Both the position numbers and the translations under genes were made by a program. Positions 49,306 to 59,371 of a stretch of 64,000 nt of DNA are shown piece after piece; the stretch's first letter is position 1, and the number at the start of each line of letters is the position of its first letter. The notes beneath the pieces are model-generated. The model had not been told where the DNA came from and made no database searches. It saw only the letters and a list, made by a program, of their open reading frames with translations. The DNA is from Actinomycetota bacterium (GTDB lineage: Bacteria > Actinomycetota > Actinomycetes > Mycobacteriales > Mycobacteriaceae), in the NCBI GenBank assembly GCA_027728805.1, contig JAQBTN010000003.1:2107-66106 (forward strand), in the 5' to 3' direction.

Positions 49306-51177
49306 GTGGAGGTACGCGCGCTGGTGGCCACACTGGCGGATTGGGCACGGGAGGACGTCCGGCTGTTCCCGACGTTACGGGGATACCGGAGGCGCTGGCT
49401 GGGCCGAGATCTGCTCGCGGGTCTGACGTTCGGCGCGGTGACGATGCCCGGCCAGCTCGCCACCGCCCATCTGGCCGGCATGCCGCCGATCACCGGCCTG
49501 TACGGATTCGTGGTGGCGACCATCGTTGCGGCGGCGCTATCCACCAACCGCCACCTGGCCATGGGCGTGGACAGCACGGTCGCGCCGATCCTGGCCGCAG
49601 GTCTGGCCGCGCTTGGTGCGGTGGCCGAGAGCCCGCAGTACATCGGCCTGGCCCTGATCACCACATTCATGGTCGGGGTCTTCACTCTGATCGTCGGCGC
49701 GGGCAGACTGGGCTGGGTCGGCGACTTTCTGTCTCGGCCGGTGATGATCGGATTCTTCGGCGGGATCGCGGTGATCATCGTCGTCAATCAACTCCCCGGA
49801 ATCTTGGGCGTCGCCGAGGGTCACGGCCGGACGCTGCAGAAAGTTGTCCATACGTTCGGACAGTTGCCGGAGGCCAATATCCCCACCGTGATCCTGGGAC
49901 TCAGCTCGCTGGCCCTGCTGCTGGGATTTGCGACACTCAACGAGCGAATCCCCGGTCGGCGAATCCCGGGGGCGCTGATCGTCCTTACGCTGGCCACCGC
50001 AGCGACGGTGATCCTCGGACTTGGGGAGCACGGCGTCGCCACGCTCGGCCCGCTCGACCAGGGGTTGCCGTCGCTCCGACTGCCTCCGTTCACCGTGCAT
50101 TCGGTGGAGATCGCGGCGACCACCGCATTGGTCATTGCGATCTTCTGCCTGGCCCAAACCGCGGCCACCACCCGCTCGGCGGCGAACCTGGGCGGGTACG
50201 ACACCGACGTCAACGCCGACTTCCGGGCACTGGGAGTGGCTAACATCGCCTCGAGCATGGTCGGGTCGTTCGCCATCAACGCCAGTCCCCCGTCGACGAC
50301 GATCATTTCCGAATCGCGCGGCAGAACCCAGTTGACGTCGCTGGTCGCCGGGGCAATCGCGGTGGTTGTGCTGTTCTTCAGCCAGATCATCGAGAACCTT
50401 CCCTCGGCGACATTGGCAGCAGTGCTGGTCTACATCGCGATCAAGATCTTTCGCGTCGACCAGATGCGGGCCACCAGGAAGTACACCTGGAAAGCCTTCA
50501 CGTTGATGCTGATCTCGCTGATCGGCACGGTGCTGCTGGGCATTGTCTACGGCGTCCTGTTCGCCGTCCTGGTCTCCTTCATCTACCAGGCATCGCGCAC
50601 CGCCCGTCCGGAGCTGCTCCGGCTCGGCCGCTCCCCCGAGGGAACCTGGCTACCACTGACCGACCGACGGGCCGCACCCGTTCCCGGTATCGCGGCATTC
50701 GCGCTCAACGGACCGCTGTGGTTCGGCAACGCCAACTGGTTCCGGATGCTTCTCATCGATGCCCTGCCGGAGACCGCCGAGGGCGATGACGGGGAGGAGG
50801 GCGACGACCGCGAGGAGGTCGATCTGCTGGTACTCGACGCGCGGCGCATCGACGACGTCGACTTCACCGGATTCGAGGCGCTGTGCTACGTGGCGGAGAT
50901 TGCCGCCCTGCGCGACGTCCCCTTTCTTGTGGTTGTCCAGCAGGGCAGAACCCAGAAGGCCTTCACCGGCGGCGGGTTCTCCGAGATACTCGGTCGGTCG
51001 CGGTTCTTCGACACCATTCCGCTGGCCATCGCCGCCTACCCGAACCTGCGCGCCAATCAGCCTCTGCGGCACTCCGTCGAGCGACAGGACCCCGAGGTCG
51101 CTCCCGAGGTCGTAGGCTTGGATCATCCACCCGCCCAAGCACGAAACCTTCGACCTCGTCGCCCGCACCAACACTGA
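49306..51177 (+). CDS. SulP/SLC26 anion transporter with STAS domain
   Basis: DLLAGLT, GLYG, VMIGFFGG, GSFAINAS..ST, STAS LWFGNA/DFTG; TAGGCT -10 six nt before GTG. Confidence 0.92.
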   Translation: MEVRALVATLADWAREDVRLFPTLRGYRRRWLGRDLLAGLTFGAVTMPGQLATAHLAGMPPITGLYGFVVATIVAAALSTNRHLAMGVDSTVAPILAAGLAALGAVAESPQYIGLALITTFMVGVFTLIVGAGRLGWVGDFLSRPVMIGFFGGIAVIIVVNQLPGILGVAEGHGRTLQKVVHTFGQLPEANIPTVILGLSSLALLLGFATLNERIPGRRIPGALIVLTLATAATVILGLGEHGVATLGPLDQGLPSLRLPPFTVHSVEIAATTALVIAIFCLAQTAATTRSAANLGGYDTDVNADFRALGVANIASSMVGSFAINASPPSTTIISESRGRTQLTSLVAGAIAVVVLFFSQIIENLPSATLAAVLVYIAIKIFRVDQMRATRKYTWKAFTLMLISLIGTVLLGIVYGVLFAVLVSFIYQASRTARPELLRLGRSPEGTWLPLTDRRAAPVPGIAAFALNGPLWFGNANWFRMLLIDALPETAEGDDGEEGDDREEVDLLVLDARRIDDVDFTGFEALCYVAEIAALRDVPFLVVVQQGRTQKAFTGGGFSEILGRSRFFDTIPLAIAAYPNLRANQPLRHSVERQDPEVAPEVVGLDHPPAQARNLRPRRPHQH

Positions 51178-51625
51178 TCCCAAGGGGATGGTGCGGGGCG
51201 TCGACGAGTACCGGCTGTTCCCATGGGGGCTCTACATGGCTCGCCCCACCCCCGGGCGGATCCAGTTCCATTACCTGGAGTCCTGGCTGCTTCCATCGTT
51301 GGGCCTGCGGGCCAACGTCTTCCACTTCAATCCGGGCCATCAGCGCGACCAGGACTATTACCTCGACGTCGGCCGCATCACCGTCGGGCCCGAACGCTGG
51401 GCCGCCGAGGACCATTACATCGACCTCGTGGTTCGCACCGGCCGCGGCACCGATCTGGTGGACCTCGATGAGCTACTGGAAGCGCACCGGATGGGCTTGC
51501 TGAGCACTGAGACCACAGAGGCCGCGCTGAAATGCGCGGTTGCCACCGTCGCCGGCCTGGCTGCCCACGGCCATGACCTGAACGCCTGGCTGGCCGGCAC
51601 CGGAATGGAGCTGAGCTGGCGATAG
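51125..51625 (+). CDS. DUF402 family protein (Rv1632c-like); start probably upstream of the ORF-track ATG 51188
   Basis: WGLYMARP, ESWLLPSLGLR, YYLDV, DHYIDL; in-frame IHPPKHETFDL...DPKG upstream of 51188. Confidence 0.85.
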   Translation: MHPPKHETFDLVARTNTDPKGMVRGVDEYRLFPWGLYMARPTPGRIQFHYLESWLLPSLGLRANVFHFNPGHQRDQDYYLDVGRITVGPERWAAEDHYIDLVVRTGRGTDLVDLDELLEAHRMGLLSTETTEAALKCAVATVAGLAAHGHDLNAWLAGTGMELSWR

Positions 51626-51651
51626 GCGTATTCTCGACTGCCGTGGGACGC

Positions 51652-52230
51652 ATGAGGCGATCGCTGACCGCAGGTGTCGCGGCGGCGCTGACAATGGCGG
51701 TCCCCCTGGCGCCGGGTGCGGCGGCAGCCGACGATGACGACCCTCAGCCTGACGATCTGCAGCACAACGTCACCTACCGCGCCCGGGTAGACGGGCTGGC
51801 CAGGGGTGCGCTGGTCAGCTACCGGATCAGCGACAGCCAGGTCAGCAGCGTCGACCCGACGATGCTGCCCGGTCGCACCTTCGAGGCCACCGCGGTGCTG
51901 TCCGATCCCGAAGAGGCCGGGATGCGGATCTCCATCCAGTGGCCCTACTCGGCCAACCTGCACTGCGAGATCCTGGTTGACGACCAGTTGTACGCCCAGG
52001 CGGATCAGTTCATCGGCCCCAAACTCACGCCGGCCCGCGACGACCCGGACTATGGCGCGATGAACTGCGGAGCCCCGTTGAGCAATGCGACGGGTCTGCC
52101 GGCCGACGTGCTCGATCCGCCGGCACCGTTGCCAGGCGACGGTGGCGATCCGCCGGTCCTCGACGTCCCGGCACTGGAGTCTCCCGCCCTGGAGATACCC
52201 GCGGCCGACCTCGGCGCCCCGGTCAGCTGA
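51652..52230 (+). CDS. Secreted hypothetical protein (MmpS-like beta domain possible)
   Basis: Signal peptide ending AAA-ADD; VTYRARVDG, LHCEILVDD, two Cys; Pro-rich tail. Confidence 0.72.
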   Translation: MRRSLTAGVAAALTMAVPLAPGAAAADDDDPQPDDLQHNVTYRARVDGLARGALVSYRISDSQVSSVDPTMLPGRTFEATAVLSDPEEAGMRISIQWPYSANLHCEILVDDQLYAQADQFIGPKLTPARDDPDYGAMNCGAPLSNATGLPADVLDPPAPLPGDGGDPPVLDVPALESPALEIPAADLGAPVS

Positions 52231-53374
52231 CCGACCCGGGACACCAGTCGGTGCCTTCCGCCCAGGATTGCGCCCGGCCGTACGCGTCCAGGATCCATGC
52301 CGCCGTGCCGTGATGGCGCTTGGCGTCGAGGTAGTCGGCCCGCACCCCTGGGTTGGCGTTGAGCCAGTCGACGAATAGCAGCGCGAACCTCTGGTTGGGA
52401 CTGCCGTCCACTCTGATATGCACATGGGTCGGCCGGCCCGGATCGGCTGAGGCGTGTAGCCGTTTGGGCCACAGTGTCGTTGACCCGTCGATGCTTCGGT
52501 CCGCGGTCACCGACTCCACTTGGGGATAGCCCGCCCGCACCAGATCATCGGTGAGTTCGTCGGCGAGTTCCGGTGCGGTGACGGTCACCTGGACGTCGAT
52601 GATGTCGCGGGCGTCCAGACCGGTGACCGCGGTGGACCCGATGTGGTCGATGCGCAGCGCACGATGCCCGCAGGCGGTGTTCAGCCGGGCCCGGATACGT
52701 TCGGCCTGCGGTGACCAGGACGGGTCCGCCGGCACCAGGTCATCCGGGTCCGGTGTCGGCCTACCGGTCGCGAGATTGTGCGCGAACGGAAGAATCCGCC
52801 GGTACCACAGCTCGCGGGCCCGTTCGACGAGGTGGCCCGCGGTGCCGGAGTTGTCCAGCCAGACATCTGCGACCCGGCGGCGCTGCTCCTCGGTCGCCTG
52901 AGCGGCGATGCGGGCCCGGGCGTCGGCCTCACTGAAGCCGCGGTGGTCGATGAGCCGCTGGACACGGACCTCAGGATCGGCGTCGACGATCACCACCAAC
53001 GGGAACATCGGCGCCATCTGGGACTCCACCAGCAGGGGAATGTCTTCGACGATCACGGCATCCTCGGCGGCCGCCGCGATCAACTCGGAGCGGCGGTGCG
53101 CCACCAGTGGGTGGACGATCCCGTTGAGGGTCTGGCGCTTGTTCTCGTCACTGAACGCGATCGCGGCCAGCGCCGGTCGGTCCAGCGCCCCGTCGGGCCG
53201 CAGGATCTGCCGACCGAATGATTCGACGAGCTTGGTCAGCCCGGTTGTCCCCGGTTCGACGACCTCGCGGGCGATGACGTCCCCGTCGACAACGATGCCG
53301 CCACATTCTGAGAATGTGGCGGACACCGTTGACTTGCCGGCCCCGATCCCCCCGGTCAGGCCGATGCGCAGCAT
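52223..53374 (-). CDS. coaE: Dephospho-CoA kinase with C-terminal GrpB/UPF0157 domain
   Basis: GLTGGIGAGKS, DIPLLVE, HIGSTAV...DIIDVQV. Confidence 0.95.
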   Translation of the reverse strand: MLRIGLTGGIGAGKSTVSATFSECGGIVVDGDVIAREVVEPGTTGLTKLVESFGRQILRPDGALDRPALAAIAFSDENKRQTLNGIVHPLVAHRRSELIAAAAEDAVIVEDIPLLVESQMAPMFPLVVIVDADPEVRVQRLIDHRGFSEADARARIAAQATEEQRRRVADVWLDNSGTAGHLVERARELWYRRILPFAHNLATGRPTPDPDDLVPADPSWSPQAERIRARLNTACGHRALRIDHIGSTAVTGLDARDIIDVQVTVTAPELADELTDDLVRAGYPQVESVTADRSIDGSTTLWPKRLHASADPGRPTHVHIRVDGSPNQRFALLFVDWLNANPGVRADYLDAKRHHGTAAWILDAYGRAQSWAEGTDWCPGSVS

Positions 53375-53380
53375 CGCGGG

Positions 53381-54826
53381 TTAGGCGTTACCGGCGAGCT
53401 TCTCGCGCAGTGCCGCCAACTGGGCGTCACTGGCCAGCGAACCGCCGGCCTCCTCGCCGGAACTCGAACTCGTCGACGAGCTCGTCGGGCGCTCCTTAGC
53501 GGCAGCGGCATCGGCAGCAGCGAACTTCTCCATCTGCGTGGTGTGCATCTTGTGCCGGCGCTCGGCCTCGGCGTAGCGGGCCTCCCATTCGGTGCGCTGC
53601 TTGTCGAAGCCCTCGAGCCACTCGTTGGTCTCGGCGTCGAAGCCCTCCGGGAAGATGTAGTTGCCCGCTTCGTCGTAGCTGTCGGCCATACCGTACTTCG
53701 AGGGGTCGAACTCCTCGGTGTAGTCCTCGTTGGCCTGCTTGAGGCTCAGCGAGATACGGCGGCGTTCCAGGTCGATGTCGATGACCTTGACCATCGCGTC
53801 GTCGCCGACGGCGACAACCTGGTCGGGCACCTCGACGTGGCGCTCGGACAGCTCGGAGATGTGCACCAGACCCTCGATGCCCTCCTCGACGCGGACGAAC
53901 GCGCCGAACGGCACCAGCTTGGTGACCTTGCCGGGCACGATCTGGCCGATGGCATGGGTGCGGGCGAAGTGCCGCCACGGGTCTTCCTGAGTGGCCTTGA
54001 GCGACAGGGAAACCCGCTCGCGATCCATATCGACGTCGAGCACCTCCACGGTGACCTCGTCGCCCACCTGAACGACCTCGGACGGGTGGTCGATGTGCTT
54101 CCAGGACAGTTCAGAGACGTGCACCAGGCCGTCGACTCCGCCGAGGTCGACGAAGGCTCCGAAGTTGACGATCGAGGAGACGACACCCTTGCGGACGGCG
54201 CCCTTGACCAGTTGGTTCAGGAACTCGCTGCGGACCTCGGACTGGGTCTGCTCGAGCCACGCCCGCCGCGAGAGCACCACGTTGTTGCGGTTTTTGTCCA
54301 ACTCGATGATCTTGGCTTCGATCTCCTTGCCGATATACGGCTGCAGGTCACGGACCCGACGCATCTCGACCAGGGATGCGGGCAGGAAGCCACGCAGGCC
54401 GATGTCGAGGATCAGGCCGCCCTTGACGACCTCGATGACGGTGCCCTTGACGGCCTCGTCCTTCTCCTTGAGCGCCTCGATGGTGCCCCAGGCGCGCTCG
54501 TACTGAGCGCGCTTCTTGGACAGGATCAGCCGGCCTTCCTTGTCCTCCTTGGTGAGGACGAGGGCTTCGATCTCGTCGCCGACGGACACCACTTCATTGG
54601 GGTCGACGTCGTGCTTGATCGAGAGTTCGCGGGAAGGGATGACCCCTTCGGTCTTGTAGCCGATATCGAGCAGGACCTCGTCCCGGTCCACCTTGACGAT
54701 GGTCCCCTCGACGATGTCGCCATCGTTGAAGTACTTGATGGTCTTGTCGATGGCGGCGAGGAAGTCCTCAGCCGAGCCGATGTCATTGATGGCTACTTGC
54801 GGCGAGGTGACGGTGGGACTGGGCAT
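53381..54826 (-). CDS. rpsA: 30S ribosomal protein S1
   Basis: Four S1 repeats (FGAFV, GLVHVSELSW). Confidence 0.99.
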   Translation of the reverse strand: MPSPTVTSPQVAINDIGSAEDFLAAIDKTIKYFNDGDIVEGTIVKVDRDEVLLDIGYKTEGVIPSRELSIKHDVDPNEVVSVGDEIEALVLTKEDKEGRLILSKKRAQYERAWGTIEALKEKDEAVKGTVIEVVKGGLILDIGLRGFLPASLVEMRRVRDLQPYIGKEIEAKIIELDKNRNNVVLSRRAWLEQTQSEVRSEFLNQLVKGAVRKGVVSSIVNFGAFVDLGGVDGLVHVSELSWKHIDHPSEVVQVGDEVTVEVLDVDMDRERVSLSLKATQEDPWRHFARTHAIGQIVPGKVTKLVPFGAFVRVEEGIEGLVHISELSERHVEVPDQVVAVGDDAMVKVIDIDLERRRISLSLKQANEDYTEEFDPSKYGMADSYDEAGNYIFPEGFDAETNEWLEGFDKQRTEWEARYAEAERRHKMHTTQMEKFAAADAAAAKERPTSSSTSSSSGEEAGGSLASDAQLAALREKLAGNA

Positions 54827-54973
54827 ATTGTTGGGTTGCTCCGGACACAGTTAATCGTAGGGACAGGTTTCTTGGTGTTTGGCCCGCAGAACAGCGCGCG
54901 GAGCCTCGGGTGAGCCTACGCGACCGGTGACAGCCAGGACAAACCCGGGTCCGGCCCCGGCTACTCTCCTGGG

Positions 54974-56131
54974 GTGTCCCACGCCACAGCGTTCAGCAGT
55001 CTCGGGCCGCCGTTGCCCGCCCCGGTCCGCAAAGTCGGTGCCCCGCTCGCGGCCATCATCGGGCTGGGCACCCTGGTCGGGCTGATCCTCAGCCTGCTGA
55101 CGGCGGTCGACCCGGGTGGCACCGTGCTGGGGTTCGCGCTGTCCAGCCTGGCGATGACCTGCGTTCTGCTGTGTTATCTGTGGCTGGACCGCTGGGAGCC
55201 GGAGCCGCCGCGGCTGCTGGTCCTGGCGTTCCTGTGGGGCGCCTCGGTCGCTGTGGTGCTGTCGGTGGCCTTCGAGCACGTCATCGAGCAGAGCTTCGGC
55301 CTGGGCGGGGAGAAACCCAGTTTCGTCACGGTGGCCATCGGCGCTCCGGTGATCGAAGAGGCTGCCAAGGGAGCGTTCCTGCTGCTGATGATGACCGGTC
55401 GACGCCGCGCCGAACTCAACACGATGACCGACTGTCTGATCTACGCCGGTTTCACCGCGGTGGGATTTTCCTGGCTGGAGAACATCTTCTACATCGCCAG
55501 CGGGGAGACGGTCGCCGGCTCTTTGGCCATCGCCGGGATGCGCCTGGTGCTGGGGCCGTTCGCCCATCCGCTGTTCACCACCATGATCGGTATCGGCGTG
55601 TACTTCGCCCTGCAGCAACGGTCCCTGCTCGCCAAGGCGGGATTCCTGCTGCTCGGCTATCTGGCTGCGGTGGTCATGCACGGGCTGTGGAACGGCTCGG
55701 CGTTACTGGGTGCCAGCACCTACCTCGGCGTCTACGTGCTGTGGATGATGCCGATCTTCGGCCTGGCGATCACCCTCGCGGTGGTCAGCCGACGCCGGGA
55801 GCGCCACATCATCGCCTCGAAACTGCCCGGATTGGTGGCGCACGGCCTGGTGACGCCTCCGGAGGCCACCTGGCTGGGTTCGCTGCAGTCCCGCAAGACA
55901 GCGGTGTCTAACGCCCGCCGCTTCGGCGGGCGGCGCGCGGCCTGGTCGGTCAAGCGGTTCACGATGGCGGTGGTCGAACTGGCCTATGTGCGCGACCGGA
56001 TCGACCGCGGTTTCGGCGATGATCGGGTGTTCGCCCTCCAGAACGAGGAGGCCCACCGACTGGTGGCCGCCCGGGCGGACGCCGGGCCCGCGCTGCACCT
56101 TCTCAACGGCTACCGGTTTCCGGTGCGCTAG
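54974..56131 (+). CDS. PrsW-family intramembrane protease (canonical)
   Basis: APVIEEAAKG, GFSWLEN, FAHPLFT, MHGLWN; TACTCT -10 six nt before GTG. Confidence 0.92.
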   Translation: MSHATAFSSLGPPLPAPVRKVGAPLAAIIGLGTLVGLILSLLTAVDPGGTVLGFALSSLAMTCVLLCYLWLDRWEPEPPRLLVLAFLWGASVAVVLSVAFEHVIEQSFGLGGEKPSFVTVAIGAPVIEEAAKGAFLLLMMTGRRRAELNTMTDCLIYAGFTAVGFSWLENIFYIASGETVAGSLAIAGMRLVLGPFAHPLFTTMIGIGVYFALQQRSLLAKAGFLLLGYLAAVVMHGLWNGSALLGASTYLGVYVLWMMPIFGLAITLAVVSRRRERHIIASKLPGLVAHGLVTPPEATWLGSLQSRKTAVSNARRFGGRRAAWSVKRFTMAVVELAYVRDRIDRGFGDDRVFALQNEEAHRLVAARADAGPALHLLNGYRFPVR

Positions 56132-56136
56132 CCGCC

Positions 56137-58821
56137 CTAATGCGCCGCCGCGTCCCAGGTTGGGCCGCAGCCCACCGAGACCTCCAGCGGCACGTCCAAC
56201 GGGTAGGCGCCCCCCATTCGTTCACGGACCAATCCCTCGACGGCCTCCCGCTCCCCCGGCGCCACCTCGAGCAGAAGCTCGTCGTGCACCTGTAGCAGCA
56301 GGCGCGAGGACAGCCCGGCCTCACGGAGCGCCCGGTCCACCCCGACCATCGCGACCTTGATGATGTCCGCGGCGCTGCCCTGGATGGGCGCGTTGAGCGC
56401 GGCCCGTTCGGCGGCCTCCCGGAGTTGGCGGTTGCTGCTGTCCAACTCCGGCAGATAGCGCCGCCTGCCCAGCACCGTGGAGGTGTAGCCGTCCTTGCGG
56501 GCCTGCTCAACGACGGCGTGCAGATAGTCACGGACCCCGCCGAACCTGGCGAAGTAGGAGTCCATCTGCTCCTTGGCCTCTTCGGTGGAGATCTTCAGCT
56601 GGGCGGACAGCCCGTAGGCGCTCAATCCGTAGGCCAGCCCGTAGGACATCGCTTTGACCCGGCGGCGCAACTCGGTGGTGACCTCGTCGATCGGTACGCC
56701 GAAGGCCCGCGACCCGACGAACGAGTGCAGGTCCTCCCCGGTCCGGAACGCCTCGATCAGACCCTCATCGCGCGACAGGTGCGCCATGATGCGCATCTCG
56801 ATCTGGCTGTAGTCGGCCGTCATCAGCTCGCTGTAGCCCTGGCCGACGATGAAGGCGTCGCGGATGCGGCGGCCGGCCTCGGTGCGGATCGGGATGTTCT
56901 GCAGATTGGGCTCGGTGGAGGACAACCGACCGGTGGCGGCGATCGTCTGGTTGAAGGTGGTGTGGATGCGGCCGTCGTCGGCAGTCGACTTCAGGAGGCC
57001 GTCGACGGTGACCTTCAACCGGGTGGCGTCACGGTGAGCCAGCAGATGTTCCAGAAACGGATGGCCGGTCTTGTCGAAGAGCGATTGCAGGGCCTCGGCG
57101 TCGGTGGTGTAACCGGTCTTGGTCTTCTTGGTCTTGGGCATGCCCAACTCATCGAACAGCACCACCTGCAACTGTTTGGGTGAGCCGAGGTTGATCTGCT
57201 TGCCGATCACCGAGTAGGCCGCCTCGGCGGCATCGCGGATCTGCCCACCGAACTCACGTTGCAGGGTGTCGAGCTTGTCCTGATCCACGGCGATGCCGAT
57301 GGCCTCCATCGCAGCCAGAGTCGACTGGACCGGCAGTTCCATTTCGGTGAGCAGGGATGCGGACTCTATCCGGTCCAGCTCCTCGTCGAGGGCGTCGGCC
57401 AGGTCGGCGACAGCCCGGGCCCGCAGCAGCAGCGTCTGCACGGCCTGGTCGTCGACTCCCTCGGTGTCATCCAGCAGCGAGAGTTGTTGCTGTTCCTGGG
57501 TTTCGGCGCGAAGCTCGCGCCGCAGGTACCGCAGCGAGAGGTCGTCGAGGGCGAAGCTGCGCTGCCCGGGCCGCACCAGGTAGGCGGCCAGCGCGGTGTC
57601 GGAGGTGACGCCGGCCAGCGTCCAGCCACGGCCGGCCAGGTCGTGCATGGCGATCTTGGCCTCGTGCAGCGCCTTCGGGGCACCCCCATCGGCCAGCCAG
57701 TCGCCGAGCGCGGCCTCATCCTCCGCGGTCAGGGTGGTGGTGTCGATATAGGCGCCCTCACCGCCGGCGGTGGCGATGGCAACCGCCGTGGCATCGCCGT
57801 CGTACACCGTGTGGGTGCCCACCACCGCCATCCCGCAGCGACGTCCGTCGCGGGCGTGTGCGGCCAGCCAGGCCCCCACCGCACCGGGCTCCAGTGCCCC
57901 GCCGCGCACCTCGAAGCCTTCGTCGACCTCGGGTTCGACGGCGGCCAGGGTGTCGAACAGCCGGTCGCGCAGCACCCGGAACTCGAGGTCGTCGAACAGC
58001 CGGTGGATCTGGTCACGGTCCCACGGCAGTAGCCGCAGGGTGTCCGGGGTCTGGGCCAGCGGCACGTCACGCACCAGATGGGTGAGCTCCCGGTTGAGCA
58101 CCACGGTGGAAAGGTTGGCGCGCAACGACTCTCCGACCTTGCCCCGCACACCTTCGACGTTGTCGACCAGATTCTCCAGCGAGCCGTACTCGACGATCCA
58201 CTTGGCGGCGGTCTTCTCCCCCACCCCGGGGATGCCCGGCAGGTTGTCGCTGGGGTCGCCGCGCAGCGCCGCGAAGTCCGGGTACTGCTCCGGTGTGAGC
58301 CCGTACTTCTCGACCACCGCCTCGGGGGTGAATCGGGTCAACACGCTGACGCCCTTGATCGGGTAGAGCACGGTGACGTCGTTGTTCACGAGCTGCAGCG
58401 AGTCGCGGTCACCAGTGACGACCAGGACCCGGTACCCGGCCTCGTCGGCCTGGGTCGCGAGGGTGGCGATGATGTCGTCGGCCTCGAACCCCGGCTCGGC
58501 GAGGACGGTGATACCCAGAGCGTTGAGAACTTCCTTGGTGATGTCGATCTGGCCGCGGAACTCATCCGGGGTGGCGCTACGGGTGGCCTTGTACTCGGGG
58601 AACCGCTCGGCGCGGAAGGTCTGCCGTGAGACGTCGAAGGCGGCGGCGATGTGGGTGGGAGCCTCGTCACGGAGCAGGTTGATCAGCATTGCGGTGAACC
58701 CGTAGACGGCGTTTGTGGTCAGGCCGTTCTTGGTCCGGAAGTTCTCCGCCGGCAGCGCGTAGAAGGCCCGGAAGGCCAGCGAATTGCCGTCCAGCAACAT
58801 CAATGTCGGCTTCTCGCTCAC
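56137..58821 (-). CDS. polA: DNA polymerase I
   Basis: LLDGNSLAFRAF, SSTEPNLQNIP, ADYSQIE, LQVHDEL; start set to GTG 58821, six nt after TAGAGT. Confidence 0.98.
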   Translation of the reverse strand: MSEKPTLMLLDGNSLAFRAFYALPAENFRTKNGLTTNAVYGFTAMLINLLRDEAPTHIAAAFDVSRQTFRAERFPEYKATRSATPDEFRGQIDITKEVLNALGITVLAEPGFEADDIIATLATQADEAGYRVLVVTGDRDSLQLVNNDVTVLYPIKGVSVLTRFTPEAVVEKYGLTPEQYPDFAALRGDPSDNLPGIPGVGEKTAAKWIVEYGSLENLVDNVEGVRGKVGESLRANLSTVVLNRELTHLVRDVPLAQTPDTLRLLPWDRDQIHRLFDDLEFRVLRDRLFDTLAAVEPEVDEGFEVRGGALEPGAVGAWLAAHARDGRRCGMAVVGTHTVYDGDATAVAIATAGGEGAYIDTTTLTAEDEAALGDWLADGGAPKALHEAKIAMHDLAGRGWTLAGVTSDTALAAYLVRPGQRSFALDDLSLRYLRRELRAETQEQQQLSLLDDTEGVDDQAVQTLLLRARAVADLADALDEELDRIESASLLTEMELPVQSTLAAMEAIGIAVDQDKLDTLQREFGGQIRDAAEAAYSVIGKQINLGSPKQLQVVLFDELGMPKTKKTKTGYTTDAEALQSLFDKTGHPFLEHLLAHRDATRLKVTVDGLLKSTADDGRIHTTFNQTIAATGRLSSTEPNLQNIPIRTEAGRRIRDAFIVGQGYSELMTADYSQIEMRIMAHLSRDEGLIEAFRTGEDLHSFVGSRAFGVPIDEVTTELRRRVKAMSYGLAYGLSAYGLSAQLKISTEEAKEQMDSYFARFGGVRDYLHAVVEQARKDGYTSTVLGRRRYLPELDSSNRQLREAAERAALNAPIQGSAADIIKVAMVGVDRALREAGLSSRLLLQVHDELLLEVAPGEREAVEGLVRERMGGAYPLDVPLEVSVGCGPTWDAAAH

Positions 58822-58906
58822 GCCCATACTCTAGGCATGGCACCCGACGCCTTCGGAACTGAAACACGTTTCAGTTCGGCTGCCGTGATCGCGTAGGCTC
58901 ATCTTC

Positions 58907-59371
58907 GTGCCAGCTGCTCCGGACGCCGCCGCCGAACTACCCGCTGTCGACGGCTGGTGGACCGTTGACGACTCAGGGGTGCCGCATCTGATCGGCGCCA
59001 AATGCCCGCAGTGCGCCACCTATGTTTTCCCGCCGCGGGAGAACAACTGTCCCAATCCGGCCTGCGCGGCCGACGAAATGGATGCAGTCGCGTTGTCGCG
59101 GCGCGGGACGTTGTGGAGCTACACCGAGAACCGCTACGCCCCGCCGCCCCCCTACCCGGCCACCGATCCGTTCGAGCCGTTCGCGGTCGCCGCGGTGCAG
59201 TTGGCCGATGAGGGACTGATCGTGCTGGGCAAAGTCGTCACCGACACCCTGGCCGCCGACCTGAAGGTGGGGATGACCATGGAGCTGACCACGATGCCGT
59301 TGTACGTCGATGACGCCGGGTTCCCGCGCACCGTGTACGCATGGCAGATCGCAGAGGCAGATCGCTCATGA
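58907..59371 (+). CDS. Zn-ribbon/OB-fold protein (Rv1628c-like, ChsH2-type)
   Basis: CPQC...CPNPAC, GTLWSYT. Confidence 0.92.
   Translation: MPAAPDAAAELPAVDGWWTVDDSGVPHLIGAKCPQCATYVFPPRENNCPNPACAADEMDAVALSRRGTLWSYTENRYAPPPPYPATDPFEPFAVAAVQLADEGLIVLGKVVTDTLAADLKVGMTMELTTMPLYVDDAGFPRTVYAWQIAEADRS

Noticed and set aside
58822-58827. polA ATG start at 58827 in the ORF track
   Set aside because: It abuts the TAGAGT -10 element; GTG 58821 fits the leaderless spacing seen across this window.
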